A program made the position numbers and the translations under genes. Of a stretch of 64,000 bases of DNA, positions 10,530-21,365 are shown piece after piece. Positions within the stretch are counted from its first letter, which is position 1, and every line of letters starts with the position of its first letter. A model generated the notes under the pieces. It did no database searches. It was not told where the DNA came from and saw nothing but the letters and a program-made list of their open reading frames with translations. This DNA is from Lepidodermella squamata (lineage: Eukaryota; Animalia; Gastrotricha): the NCBI GenBank assembly GCA_047495785.1, contig JBLDXI010000015.1, forward strand, positions 2,170,001 through 2,234,000. Direction: 5' to 3'.

Positions 10530-12355
10530 ATGGAAAATAATGAATGGGACGAGTTGAAGGCTAACTTGAACCGCTTAGAGTTCAGCGAAGAATTCATCAC
10601 AGTTGTTGAAAATGACCGCCCTTCCTATGCCGTGTTGAATGCGCTAATTTCCGATGCGGAAAAGCGGCTTGAGGAGCAGCGTGAACTGCGGCGGGTTAAT
10701 GAGCAGTTGACCGCCGAACTTGCGTCTGTAGGCTCGAGTTTGAAGCACAGTGAACAGTGCATTCTCGACGCTGATCGGTTGATTGCTGAACTGAAGGATC
10801 GGAACGACAAATTGCGGCTGGAAATTGAAGAAAGCAATCCTAATAATCATGAACCTTCGCTAGAAAGAGGTAAAAACAATTTCCTTCAGGAAAAATTAGG
10901 TCTCATCAGCTTTCGGTTGATATTGAAATCAACGTTAATTTGAGCAAAAAATCGATTTTCGGAAAAATCAAAATTTGTGTGACTTGATGTCCCTAATATC
11001 TTGGCTCCTAATGTCATTTTTCTCACATTTACAAGATACTCTCTGTTGTTTTTTATTCAAATTTCAAAAGCGTTCAAATGATCCAATAATTGTCCAAGTT
11101 TAGGCCCTGATGTTTTAACTTTCCGAAAAACCATCTAAAACGACGACCAGAAATTCTCAAAATTTGCAGCGGAATCGGGAATTATCTCTGGTTTAAATTT
11201 GGGTCCAAATATTCGCACTACTAAAAATGAGGTTCCAGCCGTAAATTTGAGCGTCGTGGCGCTACATTTTTCAGATTATTTGCGAATTCGGCGTTTTCGT
11301 TTTTTGATCGATACTGATGCCCTCCCAGAACCTAGGATTTTTTGTTTCAGCTACCTGGCGCCCTAGCTAAGTAAAAAAATTATCGATGTTGGGTTCCACG
11401 ACGGCTGATATCGGAAAAATCACTGATTTGTAAAATCGATACTTGGAATCGATATTGCCTCTGTAGGCTGAAGTATGACTCTCATAGTGCAAAAGACGCG
11501 CAATAGGAAGACCTTTTTATGTTAGGCATGATACCAACAAATTTAGATTCTCGTGAAGACATGAAACTGGGAAATCTAGTGTTGGTGTCTCAAATTTAGT
11601 GCTGGAACCCTAAATTTGGGGTGCGCACTTGGTACACCCTTTAAATTTTAGAATTTTCTTTTAGCAAATACTGATTATTTTAAACTTCGTAAATCATGGA
11701 TATTCCCGCCTCTTCTCCTCCTTATGATGATGTAGTGGTTTCATTTTCTGTTCATTTTATATCTCAATTTATTTTAGAGTTGAGTGTCGAGTCCGGCATT
11801 AAGGAGGATTCCTTCGATCATGAAGAAGTTGAATCCGGCGAGGCGAGCAATGACGGTGAAATTAAGGAGGAATGTGACGCGAATAAGCGCTCTCATCGGC
11901 GCCATCGCAGTCACAGCCGGCATCGCAGCAAACACCGGAAATCAAGGCGCCGCCATCGATCACCGCGGGAAAATCTCGACGAAATTCAACCAGTCGATAA
12001 ACAGGCGAAAAATCAGCAGCAGAAAATTGACGAAATGCCTATGTTGCCGCCTGTCCCGCCACCGACATTTTTCTCACCGGCCTACGGGCAAATAATGTCT
12101 TCTCAGGTGCAAAATCAGCTTCCAGCTGTTCCGCCGCCGATTTTTACGCCGCAAAATAATTTTCAACCGAATATTAATTTCGCAAATTCGGCGCCTTTAC
12201 CGCCGTTGGAATTGATTAAAATGCTGCAAAATCAACGGAATAATGCGATTTTTCGAGCTATGCCACCCAACTTCAACGTCCCGCCGCCGCCACCGCCGAT
12301 TTCTCTGCCCGGTTACGGCGGGTTCAACTTGAACAATTTACCTCATCGATTTTAG
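10530..12355 (+). CDS. Orphan family gene E (~305 aa): motif, short coiled coil, RS/RH-rich and Pro-rich tail; exons 10530-10869, 11778-12355
   Basis: Phase-1 donor gag|gtaaaa matches the phase-1 acceptor ttttag at 11777; motif EWDELKANLNRLEFSEEFITVVENDRPSYAVLNALI. Alternative: ORF 11696-12355 is a separate gene. Confidence 0.6.
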
Positions 12356-13300
12356 ATGAATAAAGCGACTTGGATTGTGCCACATTTTAATGGAAGAATA
12401 AATTGCATTTTATTTTATCGATTGACTTTTTCGTTCATTTGAGTAGTTGTTTATTATTTAGCGTTCTGTCGATTTTTATCGAAGCTCACCTGAAATGTGG
12501 CGAGCAGTCGCTGTAGTTCGAATGATAATGAACGGAAAATAATAAAAGATTCATCGTCATTGCGCATGTGGTGGTGGTGGTGGTGTGTTCTCGAATTAAT
12601 AATTGATAACACGTAGGCATTGACAAAGTTGGGCTGGGCTGGGTGGTCTCGCGATAAAGCCACAGTCGTAGTTCTTTCGCAGAAACGCGCCCAGCAGCGG
12701 TTTTCGTGCTTTGACAACACTAATAGTTATAATATTAATAGAAAACGCGACGGAAAAACATCCAGCCAGCGTGCACTGTGCGGACTCATTTTTCAGTTCA
12801 TATCATCTGCGGCTGTTGGTAAAAAGCAACAGCGGCCGTGGCGATGAATAGCCGTTGTTTGGCATCAAAGCTAAAATATTTCAAACCATCGTCTTTTTTA
12901 AGCTGGATTTTTTATTTTCCGATTTTCGTCAATTCAAACCTCGTTGGCTTGCTTTATTTTTCGTTCTTATCGTTTTCCTCGAGTCCTCGGTCGTTGACCT
13001 ACTTTGAAGACAGTGCAAACTGGACTTCGGACCTCGTGGGCGCCACGTGTTTTTGCAAGTCGCGTGGCCTAATTACGCAACACCGCCACGCCTCTCAAAT
13101 AAAACAGCACACACGCGAAACGTGGCCTGCTGTTTGCTGGTCGACGACGCAGTCATTCTTGTTTTATTGCGAACGAACGTCGTCATAATTTTCAATTGCG
13201 TTTTCTGTTTTTATTATAATAGGTCTGCTTGCAGCGGAATGATTACTACCACTACAATTATTGCTGTGTAATTTCTTGGATTTTCTTGCTTTAATACGAA

Positions 13301-15350
13301 ATGACGGATTTACCTCATCGCAACTTGCTGGCTTCATTGCCTAATGCTTCGGTGCCGTCGTCGCAGGAGCGCGACGAGTCGGAGTGGCAGGAGTTGAAAG
13401 GACATTTTAAAAGGCTAGGCTTCGCCGAGGACGTGCTTCAGGCCATGGAGGCCGACTGCCCGTCGTTCGAAGTTCTTCAATCTTTCATCACGTGGTTCGA
13501 CGCGCAAAAACGCGCCGAGCTCAATTTGTCGTCCGCCCTCGCCGACACGAAGAAACAGCTCGACAATGTGCGGCACGATCTCAAGGAGGGTCAGACGTTG
13601 CGAAACGTCGAGTTCGACGTCGCCCAAAAGCGCCTGAAAGCCGCGCAGGCCGAGGCGGATTCGAACAGGACTCGGGCGGATAAGCTTGAAGCTGCGTTGA
13701 AACACGAACGCGAAGACCGGCAACGCGTCACCGCCGAGCTGATGAACCGCGATCTTGAAGTCATGGAGCTGAAAAATCGTTTACAACAAGCCGAGTCCGG
13801 CGACGTTCAAGCTCTTACGGCTATCAATTCGAACCTAGCCGCTGGTCATTCGCAATTGAAAACGGAATTAACGGCTCGTGATCGACAAATTTCAGCGTTA
13901 AATCAAGAGTTGGATCAGTTAAAGGCTACTCGTGATAAATTGTTATCTGATGTTAAAATGGCTCAGGATCAATCGGCGCAGTGGAAGGCGAACTGCGACG
14001 AGTTGAGACTGTCGTTTCGCATTCAAATGGATTCGTTGCGACGTGAGCACGAAAAGTCGGCGACTTCTTCAGAAAACTCGGACTCGTCTTGGGCGGAGAA
14101 ATTGCGCCGAACTGAGGAGATTTTGAGGTTGCAAACGCAAGTTTCCGCTAAATTTCAGGCTCAAAACGAGGCGTTGCATGAGGAGTTGAACGTGAAGAAG
14201 GCGGAATTAACGGCGCTGGGTGAAGAAAAAGCGAAACTGCAACGCCAGCTGGAAGAAGCTCTGTCTCTAGCAATGGCTAGTCGGAAACTATCGGCCTCTT
14301 CGTCGCCTCCGCTGGCGTTGTTGAAAGCCGAGGCCGTTGAAACTTGTTGTAGCCATTCAGAAACGCCGCTTCCTCCGCCTGCAGAAAACGTGCGAAATTC
14401 ACCGTTTCAGTTATCTAAAATTCAACCGCCGTCTTCGCTTTACCAAACTTATCAACCAGCGCTGTCGGCTGATTCGAAGGAAACCGGCGCCTGCTCGACA
14501 ATTTCGCCGTCAGAATCAGGTGAGGGGAACAAAAAGAGCGATTTTAAGGAGGATTTTTTTGAAAAACTCGAATTTTTTCTCACACTGACAGGCCCTGGAG
14601 ATGACAGTTTTAGCATGATGACTAGTGAGGAGATATCGATGATGGACGATATCAATGATTTGCCATTGTTGAAGTCGATCAACGCTCAGTTGTGTAGGAA
14701 AGTCTCGGAGCGTACTGCTAAATATTTCGAAATGCGAAAGGAACTTCAGGAATGCCAGGCGTGCTATACCTCGATTTGCAAACAGCTTCAGGTAAATTTC
14801 ACGCCGGATGCTTGCCTTATAGTAATATTGTCTGAAATGAGGTCATTTCATTTTTGGCCTACTTTGAGGTTAAATTTTGGACAACCGTTGCAGCAACTGG
14901 GAATTTTAATTCCGATATCATGATTTTCAGGAGGCGAAAAAGGAGTCTGATGACAAGCAGGAGTACATAATCAAGTTGCGCCGGCGTCTACGCCATTTGG
15001 GCCAGGATTTGGAGGAATTTGCGGCGCACGAAGCCCGGAACCAGGCGGCGCGCTCAAGCTGTGACTCTACCGGCTTCAATTGCCCGTCTCCGATTGCGGC
15101 CTCGGATTCTGAGCCGCCGGCTAAAATGTTCCGCCGGAGTGGTAGCATCGCTCACAACGCGAACCATAGCCCGTCGCCTAACTACAACAACGGCCCTAAT
15201 AACTATCAATATCGGCCTAACCGGGGCAATAATAATAATGGCGTCAACAATAACAACATGTTCGTTCCTGGTCGACGGCGGCAGCAGTTTAATAACAACA
15301 ATAATAATTACAATGAGGGCGCGATGAGAAGCTTCACGCCACGCCACTGA
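13301..15350 (+). CDS. Orphan family gene F (~612 aa): motif, long coiled coil, Asn-rich prion-like tail; exons 13301-14519, 14592-14791, 14931-15350
   Basis: Two GT-AG introns preserve frame; motif EWQELKGHFKRLGFAEDVLQAMEADCPSFEVLQSFI; tail NYNNGPNNYQYRPNRGNNNN. Confidence 0.78.
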
Positions 15351-15986
15351 AGACGAAAAAAATCGATGTGAAGCGTGATTTCTTTTTGTCTTGTTTTTTC
15401 TTCTGTTCGCGAGTGTGTGAGTAGCGAGATAGAGAAAAACCTCAATCGCGTGCCGAATATTTTTTCTTCTTTCGCTTTTTTCTATAAAACCTTGTCAAAT
15501 GATGAATAATTTTCAAATAAAACGATAATTTGATTGTTTAAATTAATAATGAATTGTTTGAAAATTTTTCACAACCGTTCGACTTTTTTCATCAGTGAAT
15601 CACAAATGGGCGAGGAAAACATACGGACATTGACCTAATAATGTTCCTTGCTATCTATTAACGAGCTAGTGGCCAAAAACGAGTGCAAATGAGTCGCACT
15701 TGACGATAACATCTTATCAAGTTTCAGTCGCCGGACATGGCCGTTCGGGGTAAAAAATTAAAATTGCTGTACATAAGCGGTCACGTTTTATTACGCCGAT
15801 TCTGGTCGCTAGCTATGAATCATCTTATAAATTCTCATTTTCAAAGTCTTCACAATATATAAAACCGTGATGAAATATAACATTAGTATATCACTCAGAG
15901 ATGATCATTAAAATTTTGACAGAGTAAAACCGATGACTTCGTAAAATAGAAAAAAATAAGTTTATATCGCGATTTTTTTCGCTCAT

Positions 15987-17172
15987 TTAAATATTGTGTT
16001 GAACTACGGCAAGATTTGAAACAGGCCCGGATTGTTTGACAGCCTGTTGCTGCTGACGAGGCTTAACCATGTCAACAGCCTTCTGAAGAGCCGCTTTGTT
16101 GTCCGGATTCGGCTCTTTATTGATCAAAATGTCGAACATTTTCGGCTCGAACCCGGCCAGCAAATCCATGATTTTCTGCTGCTGATCAGCCGGCAGCTTG
16201 TTGCTGGAGACGTAGTACAACATCCGGGTCAAAACGTCGATCGGGTTGGTGTCTTGCCGCGACAGCTGTTCGCGGAACCATTTGTCCAGTTGGTCTTTGA
16301 TTTCAGTGACTGGGGGCTGATTTTTGTTATCGCTTACCGCTTTATTCGCAATTGTGGTTGTCATTTGCTGGGACGGAGGCGCTGGCGTTGTCGCGTCTTC
16401 CTGCTCCTCGTCTTCTTGCTCCTCCTCATCCGCGTTATTATTTTCCTCCTCTTCGTAATTATCCTCCTGATTTTCCGTTTCTTCAGCTTGCTCTTCAGGC
16501 TGCTCATCGTCCTCGGGAGCTGTATCAGCAGATGCTTCACTATTTTCTGTTTCTACGTCAACTTCCTGCGGCAATTCTTGCAGCGCTTCCTATGACGAAG
16601 AAATTGAAGATTGATTTTTTGACCCTGAAAAAATTATTCGATTTCTCACCTGTTCACCTTCGCTATTTTCTTCGGTTTGTTCTCCGTCCTCATTCTGCGC
16701 AGACTCAGCTTCAGTTTCGTTATTGGAATCAGCCTGAGAATTTTTTAAAAATTATCCGGATTAATGGTTAAAAAATCCGAATTATTACCTGTTCCTGTTC
16801 GTTATCAGCCGATGAAGCTTCCTGTTCCTGTTCTTCAGCTGGCTGTTCGGACTCTGGATCCTCGCCTGCCTCTTCGCCATTCTCTTCCTCAGCCTCAGTT
16901 TCTTCGGATGGACCTTCTTCCTCAGCCGCTTCGTCGTCGTCAGCAGGTTTCACCTGATCTTCATTGCCAATGGCGCTTTGCGCAACAGCAGCCGCGTATT
17001 TATCGGCTGTTTCCTTCGGCAGCATGTGCAAATAGCTTACGAAGCCGTTGTAATTGCCAGACTGCTCGAGGTAACGTTCGACTTGCGCCGCATCGGGCGG
17101 AGTAACCGGAGCACCTTGCACCCAGTCAAGGGTGACCACAATAAACGCGCCGAACAGCAGCGATAAATTCAT
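15987..17172 (-). CDS. Secreted Glu/Asp-rich acidic protein, unknown function (~356 aa); exons 17172-16789, 16733-16650, 16589-15987
   Basis: Signal-peptide-like MNLSLLFGAFIVVTLDWVQGA; two phase-0 GT-AG introns; long E/D tract between two short helical-looking segments. Confidence 0.78.
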
Positions 17173-18605
17173 ATTTTTTTATCAAAAAAATCCACCCTAA
17201 AATTAGAAAATTCAAGCTTGATAGAAAATTGTTATTAATCGGAATTTACGATAATATTTCCGTATTAAAAGTGTTTTTCAACCGTAAATTATTGATTGAA
17301 CGTGGGTTTGAAAATAGGGCAATTTTTCAATGGGATACTTCGTTAAATTTATAAATAAATACAGCGAAATTGGAAGCCCTATAAAAACACAAGAATTTGC
17401 ACCTCTGCGTAACGGAAGCGCAAAGTCAAGAGCTCATCAGATTGAAACTATTTTTTTATATAGAGACCGGAAGCCCTCGAATATAAAGCGAGACGAAAAA
17501 CGCGACGACAAAAAAACGGCGATGCGAGGTCAGGATAAAAAAGGATTTAACTTTGGAAATGAATTCAAAGTCCATAATATAGATTTTAGTGTAGGGAAAA
17601 CTATGGAAAACAGAAAATTATGGATTACAAAAATCATCATCGAGGGTCGCAGACAGAAGAAGCTGACGTAAAACTTGAACTATGAAATTTTAATAAAAAT
17701 GTAGAAATTAATTTTTCTGCGTAATAATAAAAATGTCAGATCTGCTGCAAGCTGTTGAGGAAATTTGAGATGTTTTCTATAGCTGCCAGTCGGTTAGTCA
17801 TTTATTCTGCGTAATATAAACTGCGTGTCTGAGAGCCGCCTGTTTTTTTCTCATTTTCACCTCGCCTCTGCCAACGCGTGTTCGCCGCGCAGCTAATCGG
17901 CGCTAATTAGAGCCAATATCCGATAATGACGCCGACGATGCTATGCTATCGAACGGCGCACATTTTTTTGTCACCTTCACGCGCACTCACGCAAAAAACA
18001 CGCGCGCAAAAAACGTTCGCGTCTTCATTAAAAATATCTCTTAAAAAACAGTAATTTTCGATGATGAAATGAGTGATAAGCTTTCTGCGTGTTTTTTATA
18101 TTTCGTATCTTTCTTCTAATGCGAATGACTGGACATTTCCGGTCCTCGTATGGACATCATGATCGCGGTCATTTTATTGGTGCACGATCCCGTATGATTT
18201 ATATTGTCATAAATTGGTTTTATAACGGTCATATTTTCGATGCGATAGATGCGATGATTTCAGCATACAAATCGTTATTATACGCGCAAACAAATGCCTA
18301 CCGGTGCGAGCGTGCGTTTTTCGTTGTCATGAGGTCAACGCAGCCGCGTACTATTTAAACAATTTAAATTGGTTCCTTGGGCATGGTTGCAAAGGAAAAC
18401 ACCCTGAAACCAAGCACGTGATTGTTCTAATACCAAAAACCAAGGGCCTTTTCTCCATCTTAATGTGAATTGTAATCTCCCGTTTATTCGTATATTCACT
18501 GCGCAATTGAGATGGTGAAAAATGAGATGCATATTTTTTAGTGCCGTAAAATGAAAGGAGGTGGGTGCAAGCAATTAGTAACAATTTGCAACGATCAAAA
18601 GCGTT

Positions 18606-18679
18606 AGGTTCCGGCGGGGTTCGAACCCGCGACCTTCTGCGTGTAAAGCAGACGTGATGAACCACTACACAACGGAACC
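18606..18679 (-). tRNA. tRNA-Val(TAC)
   Basis: Cloverleaf GGTTCCG...CGGAACC; anticodon arm TCTGC-TTTACAC-GCAGA; GTTCGAA T-loop; downstream TTTT. Confidence 0.95.
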
Positions 18680-18757
18680 TGTTGATAATAAAGATGGAAT
18701 AATATAATTAAAGCCCGAAAATTCGCTAAGTCTGAAATTTTTAAAATTTAAAAACAT

Positions 18758-18829
18758 TGGAGATGCCGGGGTTTGAACCCGGGACATCTTACATGCAAAG
18801 CAAGCGCTCTACCACTGAGCTACATCCCC
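18758..18829 (-). tRNA. tRNA-Ala(TGC)
   Basis: GGGGATG...CATCTCC-A with G3:U70; anticodon loop TTTGCAT; oligo-T terminator. Confidence 0.95.
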
Positions 18830-18903
18830 AGATGATCTCAAGGAATTTTATCCTCTTTTAATCGCAATGGGACCTTATTGAAGTTGGAAAAAAGTGTTGG
18901 ACG

Positions 18904-18976
18904 AGGTTCCGGCGGGGTTCGAACCCGCGACCTTCTCCGTGTGAAGGAGACGTGATAACCACTACACTACGGAACC
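18904..18976 (-). tRNA. tRNA-Val(CAC)
   Basis: GGTTCCG...CGGAACC; anticodon arm TCTCC-TTCACAC-GGAGA. Confidence 0.95.
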
Positions 18977-19045
18977 TGAGTCATTACATTGGTACCTGTT
19001 TAGGCCATTATATCCGAAGCCACATTGATTATGGGAGAAAAATAG

Positions 19046-19117
19046 TTCCCTGACCGGGAATCGAACCCGGGCCGCCGCGGTGAAAGCGCGGAATCCTAAC
19101 CACTAGACCATCAGGGA
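19046..19117 (-). tRNA. tRNA-Glu(TTC)
   Basis: TCCCTGA...TCAGGGA-A; anticodon arm CCGCG-CTTTCAC-CGCGG. Confidence 0.95.
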
Positions 19118-19189
19118 GGATGAAACTTGATCCTAATTGGGATGTGACCTTCGTTAGGAATTAGGATCCTATTGCCATAAAATTGAAGC

Positions 19190-19263
19190 TGCCCCCTGTG
19201 AGGATCGAACTCACGACCTCCAGATTATGAGACTGGCGCTCTAGCCAACTGAGCCAAGGAGGC
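19190..19263 (-). tRNA. tRNA-Met(CAT), elongator
   Basis: GCCTCCT...AGGGGGC-A; loop CTCATAA; TTCG T-loop and G1-C72, so elongator rather than initiator. Confidence 0.95.
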
Positions 19264-19342
19264 GCTTGTGGTCACTCTAGGTCAAATTCTCATTTCCTAA
19301 TTGAACGCCGATTGATTGATGCTAGGCGAAAAAGAGAAGCCG

Positions 19343-19414
19343 AGGCCCAGACGGGGATCGAACCCGTGACCTTCTGTTTACAAGACAGATGCTCTACCAC
19401 TAAGCTACTGAGCC
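19343..19414 (-). tRNA. tRNA-Thr(TGT)
   Basis: GGCTCAG...CTGGGCC-T; anticodon arm TCTGT-CTTGTAA-ACAGA. Confidence 0.95.
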
Positions 19415-19500
19415 GGCTCATTGATGGATGTCTGATTATCTGTCCATTTTTGTTCCTCAATCGAGCTTCTTTGACTGAAGATTCGTGGGCAAAAAATAAT

Positions 19501-19572
19501 CGACCCAGATGGGACTCGAACCCACAATCTCCGGCTCCGGAGGCCGACGCCTTACCATTAGGCCACTAGGCC
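19501..19572 (-). tRNA. tRNA-Arg(CCG)
   Basis: GGCCTAG...CTGGGTC-G; anticodon arm TCGGC-CTCCGGA-GCCGG. Confidence 0.93.
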
Positions 19573-19885
19573 GAGTTAATATTCGTAGCAATCTGAAATT
19601 TAACTCAGACATCATTAAATTCTTTGAATAATCAGCATGCAATACTCTGCTGTAGCCGCTATTGAGAATCATTCGTTTGAGTCTAAATATTCCAGCAACC
19701 TCCGCTAGTCATTGTTGCCATCTAATGCATAAAAACTATTGCGCCTCTTGGACCTTTCAAAGAATTTCGGGTTTCACTTTATTTCTATTTGAAAAGATGC
19801 GTGCGCATTTGAAAAGATCAGCACATTTGTCCCATGAATAGTGATTGGAGGTAAAAAAAATAAATAAAAAAACAAAAAAGAACTC

Positions 19886-19958
19886 CGCCGAGACCCGGGA
19901 TCGAACCAGGGACCTTTAGATCTTCAGTCTAACGCTCTCCCAACTGAGCTATCTCGGC
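19886..19958 (-). tRNA. tRNA-Phe(GAA)
   Basis: GCCGAGATAGCTCAGTTGGGAGAGCGTTAGACTGAAGATCTAAAGG...; long oligo-T terminator. Confidence 0.96.
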
Positions 19959-20783
19959 TGTGACAGTGGCGAGTTGATAAAAATAATCAAGTAACAGCCA
20001 CACACACGTATCAAATTTCTTATCTTACTGACTGTGGGTGCCGCTTCCCTTCAAAAAAAATGCATAGCAGTCATCTACATGGCTCTTTTATTTATGAGAA
20101 CAGCTTCGTTAATCTCGGCGGCTATTGATTGCAATTCGATATTTCCATTGAGTTTTTTTTTCAAAAAATCAACCCGTTTTTGCGCTATATTACCTGAGAC
20201 AAGATAGTATATGTGTGTTATCCGGGTCGTATCGTAAAATTTTCAGGGTTACTAGTATTGTATGGTACACTCTCGCTGAATTTCTATTGATTTGATTTGA
20301 AATTAAAAGATCCAACTTAAAAAATCACGAAATTTGTTTCTTGCTCATTTTTTTCTCGCATTCTTCATTTTGCGAGTTTTTGGTTCGTTTTTCACATAGA
20401 ATTTCCCGCATTTCTGGCACGCCAAACAAATTGCTGGTGCTGAATCTTGTAATTGGGCTCTCGCACCAAGGTGGTTCTGCTCGATTGGCTTCGGATGGCT
20501 ATCAATACGACTGTCAATGCGACAATGCGGTTTGCAGAGCTGCTGCTAAATCGACGAAGAACACGATCGACGAAATCTTGAACGAATAGCCGCAATGTGT
20601 CAGGGTTTCAGCAAACGCCCAACAAGACCTGCTCGAATTTGTCTACTTCGCTCGATTCGCTGTATCTTCTAGCTTTCGCTGTCACAAGCGATGCCGTGCT
20701 GCGATTTCTGGAATCCAATGCTGCCCGAGCTCTCTCTGATCTCACGGAAAGCTGGCCGATTGTTTCTTGATTTCCGCGACATG

Positions 20784-20870
20784 CTGGACGAATTCTGCCC
20801 ACATTTCGCCAATTTCTGGACGAATTCTGCCCAAATTTCGCCAATTTCTGGACGAGTTCTGCCCGATTTT
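20784..20870. repeat. 32-bp tandem repeat, ~2.7 copies
   Basis: Unit CTGGACGAATTCTGCCCA(C/A)ATTTCGCCAATTT. Confidence 0.85.
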
Positions 20871-21033
20871 CCCGAGCTCTTGGCTAAGTGCTGTTCGATT
20901 GGGGTGAATGCTGCCCGATTCGATACCTGGCGTGTGCAATTTCTTCCAAAATTATGCCAAATTTCTCGTGATTCTTAATAAAATCGTTTTCGAGTGTTGC
21001 TTAAACTTTTTTGGGTTTCTCTTGTGTGTTTGA

Positions 21034-21139
21034 CAAGTGGGGTTTTTTGTGATATTTTCTGGACAAGCGGGCATTTTTTGATATAAAAAATATCAAAAAA
21101 TCCCTGCCTGTTTAGAAAATATCAAAAAATCCCTGCTTG
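21034..21139. repeat. Imperfect ~50-bp-arm inverted repeat made of ~30-bp subunits
   Basis: CAAG...TTTTTTGATA twice, mirrored by TATCAAAAAATCCCTGC twice. Confidence 0.75.
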
Positions 21140-21291
21140 GAAGAAGGTTTTATGAGTTTATAATTCGGCCATTAAGAAGGCATATTTTACGATACGATCC
21201 GGATAACAAGAAAAAAAACACATCTTGGCCTTTAAATGAGATATTAATTAAGAAAAAAATGGGAAGAATTACTTATAGTCAAAACAGAAGC

Positions 21292-21365
21292 TGCCCCCTG
21301 TGAGGATCGAACTCACGACCTCCAGATTATGAGACTGGCGCTCTAGCCAACTGAGCCAAGGAGGC
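21292..21365 (-). tRNA. tRNA-Met(CAT), elongator, second copy
   Basis: Identical to 19190-19263, including a few flanking bases. Confidence 0.95.

Larger units (their letters stand above)
20216..21208. mobile_element. ~993-bp element with 25-bp terminal inverted repeats (TGT...ACA), apparently non-autonomous
   Basis: TGTTATCCGGGTCGTATCGTAAAAT at the left end versus ATTTTACGATACGATCCGGATAACA at the right end (24/25 match); no TSD or transposase visible. Confidence 0.65.

Noticed and set aside
1942-15350. Coiled-coil genes as myosin, SMC, intermediate filament or LINE ORF1
   Set aside because: No motor, ATPase, IF-consensus or RRM motifs, and no adjacent reverse transcriptase.
20784-20870. 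32-bp repeats, and the 7185-7300 repeats, as a CRISPR array
   Set aside because: Units are contiguous with no unique spacers, there are no cas genes, and the context is eukaryotic.
20341-20978. ORFs inside the TIR element as a transposase or gag remnant
   Set aside because: Short, broken by the 32-bp repeat, and without DDE, zinc-knuckle or other recognisable motifs.
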